64,000 bases of DNA, from positions 3,584,001-3,648,000 of the forward strand of contig OZ251518.1 of assembly GCA_965242965.1 (NCBI GenBank), given 5' to 3'. Below, piece after piece: positions 8,872-18,800 of this stretch; position 1 is the stretch's first letter; every line of letters begins with the position of its first letter. A model generated the notes under the pieces. That model ran no database searches and was not told the origin of the DNA. It worked only from the letters and a program-made list of their open reading frames with translations. The position numbers and the translations under genes are program-made. The stretch is from Candidatus Poribacteria bacterium (lineage in GTDB: Bacteria > Poribacteria > WGA-4E > WGA-3G).

Positions 8872-10599
8872 ATGTCACTCATTCATTTAGAACACGTCAC
8901 GAAATTATACGATCCGGACCTGATTTTAGACGATATTTCCGTTTCTATTGCGCCCGGAGACAGAATTGGGTTAATTGGCCGTAACGGAACCGGAAAAACA
9001 ACGTTAGTTAAAATTATAGGGGGAATGCTGCCCGATTTTAAAGGCCGCGTTACCTCGGCAAAAGGATTGCGCATCGGTTACCTGAGTCAAGAGGCGGAGT
9101 TTGAGCATGACTGCACGCTGCGGCAGGAAATGCTGAAGGTATTTGACGAGCGGCGCGCGCTGGAAGATGAGATGCTCCTACTCGCAGAAGAGATGGAGAG
9201 CCGGGATGATGCATCGCTTCTGGCGCAGTATGCGCGGCTGCAGGAAAAGCACGAACGCCTCGGCGGGTATGACTATGAATCGCAAATCAACCGCGTCCTC
9301 GGCGGGTTGGGGTTCAGCGAGTTAGATTTCAATCTTCCGCTTCGTGTCCTCAGCGGCGGCCAGAAGAGCCGGGCGATGTTAGCGAAACTACTCTTGGAAA
9401 TGCCAGACCTTTTGCTTTTCGACGAACCGACGAATCACCTTGATATCAACGGGATTCAGTGGCTTGAGAATTACCTGAATACCGAGTACGAAGGTGCAGT
9501 CCTGGTCGTTTCGCACGACAGGTATTTTCTAGACAAGGTTATCCGCAAGGTGTGGGAATTAGAGGCGCGCCGCATCAAGGTATATCGAGGCAACTACTCG
9601 AAGTATGTTGAGACGCGGGAGGTAGAACGGTTAGTCGGCGAGCGCGCGTTTAAGAAACAGCAGGCGTTCATCGCGCACGAAGAGGAGTTTATCCGCCTCA
9701 ATATCGCTGGACAGCGGACCCGCGAGGCACGCGGGAGGCGGACGAAATTGGCGCGGTTGGAGCGGGTGGAGAAGCCGAAGCCGGACGCGCCGACGTTCAA
9801 CCTCAACTTTACACCGGAAACCCGCGGCGGGAACGATATTTTGCGATGCCAAAACGTCGGCAAACAGTTCGGCGAGAAAGTGGTGTTCACCGGGCTAACT
9901 TGTGAGGTGTTCCGACGCGATGTCATCGGCATCATCGGCGCGAACGGCACAGGGAAGACGACGCTGTTCCGCATGATTTTAGGCGACGAATCACCGACGG
10001 AGGGAGAACTCTGGGTAGGTGCAACGCTGAAGCTCGGGTATTACACCCAAGAATTAGAGGGGCTCAATCCGGAAAATGAAATCATTGACGAGATTGCCTC
10101 CCTCCGGCCACGGTGGACACGGGGTGAACTCCGCAGTTTTTTAGCGCGGTTCCTCTTTATCGGCGATGAGGTGTTCAAACGGGTAGGTGACTTAAGCGGG
10201 GGTGAACAGAGCCGCGTGCTACTCGCCAAGTTGCTGTTAGAGAACGCGAACGTCTTGCTGCTTGACGAACCGACGAACCACTTAGACATTCCGGCGCGCG
10301 AGGCACTGGAATCCGCGCTCGCGGAGTACCCGGCGACGCTTTTCATCATCTCGCACGACAGGTATCTGCTGAACGCGCTCGCGACGAAACTGCTGATTTT
10401 TGAGAACGGCACCGCGTCCCTGTTTGAAGGCACTTACGCCGAATATGAGGCGCGGCAACAACAATCTGTCGTAGCGGAAGAGGAGAACGCGGAAGTTTCG
10501 CCGCAGCCGCCTCCAAAACGCGCGCCAACTCCAAAACGGAAGGCAAAATCCAAGCGAAAACGCAAAATGAAGGCGCAACGTTTGGTGGGTAGCGATTAA
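8872..10599 (+). CDS. ABC-F family ATP-binding protein
   Basis: Two ABC domains (GRNGTGKT/LSGGQ/DEPTNHLD and GANGTGKT/LSGGE/DEPTNHLD), no transmembrane segments. Confidence 0.92.
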   Translation: MSLIHLEHVTKLYDPDLILDDISVSIAPGDRIGLIGRNGTGKTTLVKIIGGMLPDFKGRVTSAKGLRIGYLSQEAEFEHDCTLRQEMLKVFDERRALEDEMLLLAEEMESRDDASLLAQYARLQEKHERLGGYDYESQINRVLGGLGFSELDFNLPLRVLSGGQKSRAMLAKLLLEMPDLLLFDEPTNHLDINGIQWLENYLNTEYEGAVLVVSHDRYFLDKVIRKVWELEARRIKVYRGNYSKYVETREVERLVGERAFKKQQAFIAHEEEFIRLNIAGQRTREARGRRTKLARLERVEKPKPDAPTFNLNFTPETRGGNDILRCQNVGKQFGEKVVFTGLTCEVFRRDVIGIIGANGTGKTTLFRMILGDESPTEGELWVGATLKLGYYTQELEGLNPENEIIDEIASLRPRWTRGELRSFLARFLFIGDEVFKRVGDLSGGEQSRVLLAKLLLENANVLLLDEPTNHLDIPAREALESALAEYPATLFIISHDRYLLNALATKLLIFENGTASLFEGTYAEYEARQQQSVVAEEENAEVSPQPPPKRAPTPKRKAKSKRKRKMKAQRLVGSD

Positions 10600-10675
10600 A
10601 AAAGAGGAACAAAGACGAATATTGTGCCAAACCGGCCGAATTTTTCAGAAAAAGGTCGGTTTCTGGCATTTTAAT

Positions 10676-10718
10676 TTGACATTCGGCGAAAAATCGTGTA
10701 TAATTATATCGTATACGA
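10676..10718 (+). promoter_or_regulatory. sigma70 promoter with candidate MarR operator
   Basis: TTGACA (10676-10681), 17 nt, TATAAT (10699-10704); perfect palindrome TCGTATACGA at 10709-10718. Confidence 0.75.
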
Positions 10719-10779
10719 CGGATTTACTTCGGATATAAGACGTTTTAGTTCGGGCTGATGCCCCTATTGCGAGGAAAGA

Positions 10780-11643
10780 ATGTCTAAAGACAAGGAGTTC
10801 AACCACGAAATTGATGTTGTGATACGTGTGATGCGTCAGGCGCAGGCGGCAGTCAAATCGCGGTTTATTCAGGAAATCGTCCCCAGTCGGCTGACGATTG
10901 TCCAGTTCAACGCTTTGCAACACCTACATTGGTATGGGCGTGACACCGGCATGTCTGTCAGCGAATTGGGTGAGCATTTAGGGCTCGCGCATAATACTGC
11001 TTCCGGCCTCGTGGGCCGGTTGGAGCAGCACGGCTGGGTTGTCCGTCGTAAATGTGAAGAAGACCGGCGGCGGAGCCGCATCAAACTCACGCCGCAGGCG
11101 ATGGAACTTTTCCGAGAACGGTTGGAACACGCGACGCATTTTTGGCAGAGCACCTTCGGGCAGCTCGCTGCAGAGGAGCAGACGCACCTCATTGAGAGCC
11201 TTGAGCGGCTGCAACAGGTAATGGCGCAGCCGGTGTGGCCCAGTTATGCGCAGTTACATCCGCGCGATGCCGAACATGTCCAAGAACGGTTTGAAACCGA
11301 ATTGGACGCGCTCGCGCAGGCGAAACTCAAACTCATCGGCATGCGGTTCATCCTCGCGCATCTCGCCGAACGGCGGGATGAACATGAACTCGCGGCATAC
11401 CTGAATCAGGCCGCCTCCGAAGAGATTCGCCATACCAACCAACTGTTTTCGATGCTGGGACACGGCGAGAATTTTGAGACGCTCCTCACCGCACTTGTGC
11501 AGGAAGACAGGGAAGTCTACGAGGAAGTGCTCTCGCTGCTTGAATCCGCGCCGTGTGCCGAAGAAAAAAAAGAGGAGGTTACCCTCCTCCAACAACTCGC
11601 TCAAGATAGCGAACGTTATAGCCGTTGGTTTCGCACGGCTTAA
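10780..11643 (+). CDS. MarR-family regulator fused to a ferritin/rubrerythrin-like domain
   Basis: N-terminal wHTH (SVSELGEHLGL...LVGRLEQHGWV...EDRR...LT); C-terminal helical domain with EEIRH. Confidence 0.8.
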   Translation: MSKDKEFNHEIDVVIRVMRQAQAAVKSRFIQEIVPSRLTIVQFNALQHLHWYGRDTGMSVSELGEHLGLAHNTASGLVGRLEQHGWVVRRKCEEDRRRSRIKLTPQAMELFRERLEHATHFWQSTFGQLAAEEQTHLIESLERLQQVMAQPVWPSYAQLHPRDAEHVQERFETELDALAQAKLKLIGMRFILAHLAERRDEHELAAYLNQAASEEIRHTNQLFSMLGHGENFETLLTALVQEDREVYEEVLSLLESAPCAEEKKEEVTLLQQLAQDSERYSRWFRTA

Positions 11644-11784
11644 TTGGTTTTATCTCTTTTGTATAGTGACAGTTCCCGCAACGACTCCCGCGGCGGCCGC
11701 CAGTGCCACGCCGGGAGAAACGGTGGGAAAAACGGTGCATGTCAAAAGCACCATGCCGAGAAAACGGAAGGTTATAGAGGAAAC

Positions 11785-12402
11785 ATGCAGTCCCAAAGCC
11801 CTGAAAGCCTCCCTCCAGAGTGTTACGATGATGCTGAGCTGATCGCGCAGTTTCAGAACGGCGATACCGCCGTGTTTGACACGCTTTTCACCCGTTACCA
11901 GAAGCGGACGTATCGCCTCGTGCAGCGATTCGTCTCAAACCATGAGGATGCCCTTGATTTGACGCAAGACGCGTTTATCCGCGCCTATCAGGGGCTCGCC
12001 GATTTCAAATGCCAATGCCAATTTTACAGCTGGCTCTACCGCATTACGGTGAACCTCTGTATTGATTTCTTAAGGAAAAAGGCGCGTTCGGAGGTGATGC
12101 TCTATGAGTCTGAGGACTCCGAGGAGATTCCGATGGCGAATGTCCCCGATTTACGCTCCGAATCGCCTTCGAAGGCCCTTGAGAATAAGGAATTGCGCGC
12201 GCAACTTCGGAAGGCAATCCGCCGCCTCCCGCCGAAGCAGCGGCAGGTTTTCGTCTTGCGTCACTGGGACGGGTTATCCCTCAAGGATATTGCCGCCACC
12301 GTCGGCCGCTCGGACGGCACGGTGAAGGCGCATCTGTTCCATGCGCACCGCAATCTCCGAAAGCATCTGCGTGCTTACGTGCAGGAAGCCGGTTGGCTGT
12401 AA
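11785..12402 (+). CDS. ECF RNA polymerase sigma-70 factor
   Basis: DALDLTQDAFIRAY, FYSWLYRITVN and region-4 LPPKQRQVF...GTVKAHL; GAGGA RBS before ATG 11785. Confidence 0.9.
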   Translation: MQSQSPESLPPECYDDAELIAQFQNGDTAVFDTLFTRYQKRTYRLVQRFVSNHEDALDLTQDAFIRAYQGLADFKCQCQFYSWLYRITVNLCIDFLRKKARSEVMLYESEDSEEIPMANVPDLRSESPSKALENKELRAQLRKAIRRLPPKQRQVFVLRHWDGLSLKDIAATVGRSDGTVKAHLFHAHRNLRKHLRAYVQEAGWL

Positions 12403-12408
12403 ATCGGA

Positions 12409-13422
12409 CTATGTCTCTGTCCCTTCCGTCGCGAAGAGGGCAGAGACAAAATCGGCGGCGGCGAAATCGCGTAAATCGTCAAGCCGCTCGCCGATGCCGA
12501 TAAGTTTGACAGGTGCGCCGATTTCTGACTTGACAGCGATGACGATGCCGCCCTTAGCGGTGCCATCCAATTTCGTCACGGCGACACCGGTAATCGGCAC
12601 CGCCTCGTTGAACACTTTCGCCTGCATAAGCGCGTTCTGTCCGACGGTGCCGTCAATAACGAGAAGCACTTCGTGCGGCGCGCCTTCGTGCGCGCGGCCC
12701 ATGACGCGGCCGATTTTCGCGAGCTCATCCATCAGCGGTTTTTTGGTGTGCAACCTACCTGCCGTGTCAACAATCAGCACATCGGCATCGCGATGTTTTG
12801 CCGCATGCACCGCGTCAAAGACGACAGAGGCCGGGTCCGCTTGTTCACCACCGCGGATGAGTGCGGCACCCGCACGTTCACACCAGATGGCGAGCTGGTC
12901 TTCCGCTGCAGCACGGAAGGTATCACCCGCTGCAACGACGACGCGCTTGCCCGCCGATTGAAAACGGCTAGCCAGTTTCCCGATAGTCGTCGTCTTCCCC
13001 GCGCCGTTCACCCCCAGAACTAGAATCGTATACGGATTCTCGGTGGAAACGCAGTTGAGCGGCGTGTCATCGCCAAGCAGGTTGAGAATCTCATCTCTGA
13101 GAACGGACTCCAATTCGGAGGCATCGTTTAACCCTTTCGCCTTGACAGAAGCTCTGACGTTATCCATCAGCGTCAGCGTCGTCTCCACGCCTACATCCGC
13201 TTGAATCAAGAGCTCCTCAATCTCCTCCATCAGTTCTTCGTCAATCTTCCTGCCGATTTGGAGAAGGCCTGATAGTTCCGAGAGGAGCCGGTCCCGGGTT
13301 TTCGCTAGGCCGGACCGGAGGCGATTAAACCAGCCGCCTTCTTGCGCACCGCTTTCCGATGCAACCTGAGACGACTCGCCACCGTCTGATTTATCACCAC
13401 GTTTAAATAAGTTTTTGAGCAT
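12409..13422 (-). CDS. ftsY: signal recognition particle receptor FtsY
   Basis: GVNGAGKTTTIGKLA, DTFRAAA, DTAGRL, TKLDGTAKGG. Confidence 0.97.
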   Translation of the reverse strand: MLKNLFKRGDKSDGGESSQVASESGAQEGGWFNRLRSGLAKTRDRLLSELSGLLQIGRKIDEELMEEIEELLIQADVGVETTLTLMDNVRASVKAKGLNDASELESVLRDEILNLLGDDTPLNCVSTENPYTILVLGVNGAGKTTTIGKLASRFQSAGKRVVVAAGDTFRAAAEDQLAIWCERAGAALIRGGEQADPASVVFDAVHAAKHRDADVLIVDTAGRLHTKKPLMDELAKIGRVMGRAHEGAPHEVLLVIDGTVGQNALMQAKVFNEAVPITGVAVTKLDGTAKGGIVIAVKSEIGAPVKLIGIGERLDDLRDFAAADFVSALFATEGTET

Positions 13423-13501
13423 TCATTCATCTCCTTTTGCCAATTTCGTGTCTATATGATATAATAACGTAACGGAAGCCGGAAAAGCAACCGAAAATGT
13501 G

Positions 13502-13531
13502 TTGACAAGTTTGCGTTTCCCGTGGTATACT
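13502..13531 (+). promoter_or_regulatory. sigma70-type promoter
   Basis: TTGACA (13502-13507), 18 nt, TATACT (13526-13531) with an extended -10 TG. Confidence 0.7.
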
Positions 13532-13551
13532 ACAAAATGAAGGAGTTTGCT

Positions 13552-14130
13552 ATGCAGAAAACAGTAATGAAGGTGTTCGTCAAGGTGTTCGTCGTTGCCT
13601 GTCTCATCAGTCTCGGCACCTTTTTCATCGCGTGTGTGGAAGAGGGCCGCTTAGATGAAATCGTTGAGAACGCCGAGGATGCCAATGAAATGGATATAAC
13701 AGTTGAAGAACCCGCGCCTATCGCCTTGCCGGGGTTACCTGAAGATGTCGCCGGGTATGAACGTTGGCTCAAACTCAACGCCGAACCGATACCCCCTGTT
13801 GCAGGCGGGGATCCGCACAACGGCATCAAAAATGTCTATGTCAACCAAACGCGCGATGCAATTGCACCGAACGGCAAACAGGCGTTTCCGTATCCGGACG
13901 GTAGTATCGTTGTGAAGGAGGCATTCCGTCCTGGCAAGGACTACGTCGGGCTCATCGCTATCATGCGGAAAATCGCCGAGATCGACCCCGAGCACAACGA
14001 CTGGCAGTTTATTGAATACACCCGCAACGCGCCCGATGCCGAGTTCAGCGTCATCGCCGCCGACGGTATCTGTTGGGGATGCCACGCGCGCGTTGAAGAT
14101 ATTGATTACGTCTTTACAGAGTTGGAATGA
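13552..14130 (+). CDS. cytochrome P460-family lipoprotein
   Basis: Lipobox-like FIAC; YPDGSIVVKE, IAIMRK, DWQFIEY and a C-terminal CWGCH haem motif. AAGGAG RBS. Confidence 0.8.
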   Translation: MQKTVMKVFVKVFVVACLISLGTFFIACVEEGRLDEIVENAEDANEMDITVEEPAPIALPGLPEDVAGYERWLKLNAEPIPPVAGGDPHNGIKNVYVNQTRDAIAPNGKQAFPYPDGSIVVKEAFRPGKDYVGLIAIMRKIAEIDPEHNDWQFIEYTRNAPDAEFSVIAADGICWGCHARVEDIDYVFTELE

Positions 14131-14149
14131 GTCTCTCCCTTGAAGGCGT

Positions 14150-14245
14150 TTGGTAGGAGAGCCCTCCCGGTCTCGATTTCTTCGGGTAGGAGAGCCCTCC
14201 TGGTCTCGATGCGGTATGAGGGCTCCCGGCTCCCGAAGTCTATAG
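14150..14245. repeat. REP cluster (GTAGGAGAGCCCTCCyGGTCTCGA family)
   Basis: Two full copies and one degenerate copy between the two cytochrome genes. Confidence 0.8.
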
Positions 14246-14255
14246 GAGAACATTT

Positions 14256-15419
14256 TTGAAGATATATCACAATTGGATGCGAGATGCGATGCTGCTCTTG
14301 CTGTGCATGTGCCTGTGGTTTCCGAACGGTGCAGATGCGCGGCCGGAGTTCGCCGCAGAATTGGATAAAGAATGCGTTTTTTGTCACATCGACCCGGGCG
14401 GCGGCGGTCCGCGCAACCGTATCGGCGAAATTTTCGAGGAGAACTACTTTGAATTTCCCGAAGATTTTGATATGATGGCTGTGGCGGAGGAGGCGCAGGA
14501 AATCGTCAAACAGCTCACCACTTCGCTGGACTTGCAGACAGCGTTCATCAAAACGACGCACGTTGACGACGAGGAAAACACCCTCGCGTCATGTAATTCG
14601 TGCCATTCTTCTGTGGACAGATTTTTGCTGATGCAAGCCGAGGTGACGTTCAATGCGCAGGCATCGGAGCATGTGCGCTTGACGCTCTCTAATAACGCTG
14701 GCACGACGCTCAACGCGTTCGCGACGGTAGATGCGATTCCGAAGCATCTCTACGTCAAAGTAGGGCAGTTCCGTCTCCCGTTCGGCATCAAGCAGAAGGA
14801 CCACAACATTCTCGTGCGCGAAGGCTACGGCATCGGTTCTAACAAACGCGATGTCGGTGTCGAGTTCGGCGGCACGGTGAGCAACGTCTTCTATAACGCC
14901 GCCTTCTTCAACGGCGGAGATGCCGCTGCGAATGGCGCGCTTGCCACCCTCGGCGGTGCCCTCGGTCCGGTGCGTGCAGGCGTTTCGGGGATTGTTGAAC
15001 GGACACCTGAGGACTGGCAGCGTCACATCGGCGTATTCCTCACCGCCGCCTATGCCGGGTTAAGTGTGGAAGGCGAATTCAACTTCGGCAACACCGGCGA
15101 AGTCGCATCGTTCGCGCCGGACGACGTGGATTCCAAAGGTTACTATGTCGGCGCGAAATACCGCATTCACCCGCGTCTTACCGTTGGCGGACGTTACGGG
15201 CTCTTTGACGCAGATCGGACTGTCAAAGGTGATGCGGCGCGGCGCGTCACGCTGAACGCGCAGTATAATTTCATGGAAAACGGCGCGATTTCCCTCTTTT
15301 TCTGGGAGAATATCGAGAATCCCGACCGCGGTGCAGACGAGACGATTCGTGATAAAGGGAGGTTACGCCAACTACAAGGCACGAATCAGTTGATTGTGAT
15401 GTCGCGTTTTTGGTTTTGA
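14256..15419 (+). CDS. secreted c-type cytochrome / outer-membrane beta-barrel (porin-like) fusion
   Basis: Signal peptide ending ADA; CVFCH and CNSCH; VKVGQFRLPFG porin-like motif, amphipathic strands, C-terminal RFWF. Confidence 0.7.
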   Translation: MKIYHNWMRDAMLLLLCMCLWFPNGADARPEFAAELDKECVFCHIDPGGGGPRNRIGEIFEENYFEFPEDFDMMAVAEEAQEIVKQLTTSLDLQTAFIKTTHVDDEENTLASCNSCHSSVDRFLLMQAEVTFNAQASEHVRLTLSNNAGTTLNAFATVDAIPKHLYVKVGQFRLPFGIKQKDHNILVREGYGIGSNKRDVGVEFGGTVSNVFYNAAFFNGGDAAANGALATLGGALGPVRAGVSGIVERTPEDWQRHIGVFLTAAYAGLSVEGEFNFGNTGEVASFAPDDVDSKGYYVGAKYRIHPRLTVGGRYGLFDADRTVKGDAARRVTLNAQYNFMENGAISLFFWENIENPDRGADETIRDKGRLRQLQGTNQLIVMSRFWF

Positions 15420-15471
15420 ACGCAATGAACCTCTGACGTTTGAGTTCTTCTGAAACGTTGGCAGACTGCAT

Positions 15472-15740
15472 CACCTCTGTAGGTCAAGATCGCCTGATCT
15501 TGACCTGTTTGTGATCAGGCGATCACAAACTACAGAAAGGGGTGAACGAAAAAAACGTCTCTTGTTCTCTTCAGGTCCTAAAGGACCTAAAACGCCAATG
15601 CTTGACGATGCACAACGCGCGGGACAGGCCCCCGCGCTGCGGGACAATCGAGACCAGGAGGTCTCTCCTACTGGGGAAACGGCATCGTTCGGAGTGTCAC
15701 GAAACCCTTTTGACAACAACGAGTTATGAAACACCCTCAG
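15472..15740. repeat. mixed REP cluster ending in MITE-like terminus TTATGAAACACCCTC
   Basis: GTAGGTCAAGATCGCCTGATCTTGACC, a collapsed AGGTCCTAAAGGACCT core and TCGAGACCAGGAGGTCTCTCCTAC. Confidence 0.85.
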
Positions 15741-15805
15741 TTACCTCAGGAGGCGTGCTTGCAAGGGAAAGTTTGTTGAACGCCTTGCACCACTACGAAA
15801 AAAAC

Positions 15806-18800
15806 ATGGTTGCCAAACTCTCAAAAAAAGTCTTAATCAGCGTCATCGGATTGCTCGTGCTCATCATCGTCGCGGGTGTTTTTTATATCGTGCGCGAAAA
15901 CAGCAGCGCGAAGACGCGCTACAGCGTCACAGCCTTCACGCCGCAAGGCGATGTCCCGCAGTGGGTAGATTTCTCGTGGACATTTTCGGAGCCGATTGTT
16001 GACAACGCTGGCATCGGAACAGAGGTGCCGCAACAGGCTATCCGTTGGACACCGGCTGTCGATGGGAAGGGCCGCTGGGTGGCCCGCGACAAAATCGGTT
16101 TCTTTTTAGAGAGCCCGTTAGCACCGTCGGCGCGCTATACCGTTGCACTCTCATCACGCCTCAGCCAGTCAGACAGTTTTATCTTGACAGGGCAACAGCG
16201 GTTTGAATTTGCAACCCGGCGATTTGAGGTGACAGACACGACGCTGCGCTTCCGATACAATCCCGACGACAAACAGAAGGCGAAGGCTGTCGGAACGATT
16301 GACTTTAACTATCCGGTGAACATCGCTGATCTCAAGGCGCATCTCTCTATCCAATTTAATGGCGATACCGAGATTCCGTATTCCCTCCTCACGGAGACAT
16401 CTACTGCACGCACGGTGACGCTGGAGACAGAGGAAGTTGAACGCGGGCGCGAGGACAGGGTGCTTACCTTACGGATACAGAAGGACTTCAAATGCACCGG
16501 CGGCAAACTCGGGCTGGCGGCAGCCAGCGTTACCTCCGTTGTCTTGAGCGGCAGCGGCACCCTCGGCATCACTTATTGCGACGTGGAAGAATACGGTGGT
16601 TCCCCCTATCTCGCGCTTCGGTTCAGCACGGATATCCCCGCGCATGTGGTTGAACCCTATCTCCAAATTGCACCGAATCCGGGGAACACGCAGCTCATCA
16701 CGCGTTACGGCGAGATTCAGATTCACGGCGATTTCAAGCGGCGCACTACCTACACGCTAACCGTTCAGGAAGGGTTGACGGCGCAAGATGGTTCGGTGTT
16801 GAAAAAGCCTTACACCACGCGGCTCACGATTCCTGATGTGCCGCCGACAATCCGTTTACTCGGCAGCCAGAGTGGCGGTGCCGGTTTCGTCGCGCGCGAA
16901 GGCACGCTGAACCTCGGTGTAGCGACAATTAATGTCAATCAATTAGAGGTAGATATTGAGAAGGTCTTCGCCAATAATCTCATCTATCTGGCTAAGATTG
17001 AGTCGTGGCGGCGCTGGAGTTCCCGCTATCTTGGCACGCCGGTGCATCAGGCAGTCCTGCCAGTGGACGCGCGCGTGAACGAGGAGGTGACGACACGTCT
17101 CTCACTCCGCGAGGTGGTTAGCGATGAGCCGGGGGTTTTCAAAATCGTCGTGCGCGATGCGAACGACAGATGGGTGATTGCGCATCAGTGGGTGCTGATT
17201 ACCGACCTGGGTATTCTCGTCAAGCACATCGGCGACGCGCTCTATGTCTGGGTGAAATCCATTGAAACTCACGATGGGGTTGCCGGTGCCCGCGTTACAC
17301 TCATCAGCGATAATAACCAGACGCTGCTCACCGGCAAGACGAACTGGGCCGGCTTTATCAAGTTCACCGAAGTCGCGCAGCAGACGGAAGGTTTTGTGCC
17401 GCTTTTGATTACCGTCGCGAAAGGCGATGACCTGGGTTTTGTCCAGTTGGACAGGCATGAGAACGCCACTGCTGATTTCAACGTCGCCGGCCCGCCGTAT
17501 CTGGAGACGGGATATGAAGCGTTTCTCTGGACGAGCCGCGGTGTGTATCGTCCCGGAGAGACGGTGGAACTCGCCGGCATCGTGCGGGGAGCGCAGCACG
17601 TGGTGCCGCGGCCGCTCCCCGCGCGCGTTGAGGTGCTGGCACCCGATGGCAGAATCCTGCGGGAAGCGCGTATCCAGACATCAACGAGCGGCGGTTGCGA
17701 AGTGCGCATTGACATCCCTGCCTACGCGCAGACAGGCGGCTACCTCGCCAAACTGCGCATCGCTGAAAAGGAGGTGGGACGCACCCGTTTTCAGGTGGAA
17801 GAATTTATGCCAGACCGGATGAAGGTAACGGTGACAACCGACAAACCGACTTACACCCTCGGCGACGCAGTAGACGTGGAGGTTACCGCTGTCAACCTTT
17901 TCGGGCCACCTGCTGCCGAGAGACAGGTGGAAGCCACATGCGAACTCACAGCGATGCCCTTGACATTTGCCGACTGGGAGGGGGTTACGTTTGGTCAAAC
18001 GTTAGACCAGGCGCAGCAGGACGTTTTTAGGGTGCAGCGCATTGCGTTAGGCGAAGCGAAAACGGACGAGGAAGGGAAGGCGCGCTATCCGTGGCAGGTG
18101 CCGGAGATGCAACGTCCGCCGGTTCGACTCCAAGGTGTTCTAACTGCGACCGTGCGCGAAGTTGGGGGGAGAGCTGTCACCGCGTCGCATCGCATCGATA
18201 TCCATCCCTATTCGCATACCGCTGGACTCCGTCTCGCGTCTCTGGCGAGAGAACAGGTAGATGTGGAGGTGATTGCGGTAGACGCGACTGGCAGAAGCAC
18301 CGCCGGACGCGCCTTAACCCTGACACTCCACAAGGTGCTGTGGAACACGCTCCTCCGGCAGTCTGGTGACGGGGCATACGGCTATGTCTCTGAAGCAGAG
18401 ACGACGGCAGTAGAGCAGCGCGCGTTAACTTCAACAGCGGAGATAACCCGTGTGACGTTTACACCGCCCGGTGCAGGCGACTACCGAGTGAGCGTTACGG
18501 ACGATGTCTCTGGCGCGCGAACCGAACTCGCCTTTTCGGTTGATGGCGAGGAAATTGCCGGCACCCGGCGGGAAGGCGGACTGAGCATGACTCTGGATAA
18601 ACCGACGTATCGCCCGGGGCAAACGGCGAAGTTGCGAATTCAGGCACCGTTTCCCGGCACGCTACTCCTCACCGTGGAACGTGAAAAACTACTGAGTTAT
18701 CGGACGATAACCATGGAAACCTCCACCGCGACGGTGGGTATCCCGGTAGCGCGCCGCTATGCTCCGAATGTCTACCTTTCCGCTACGTTAATTCGCGATG

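Noticed and set aside
11644-11784. Possible riboswitch or leader before the ECF sigma gene
   Set aside because: Only a short GGTGC...GCACC hairpin is visible, and I recognise no family consensus; an Rfam scan would be needed.
15542-15805. N-terminal extension of the alpha-2-macroglobulin ORF
   Set aside because: It runs through a REP/MITE cluster; the membrane anchor begins after Met 15806.
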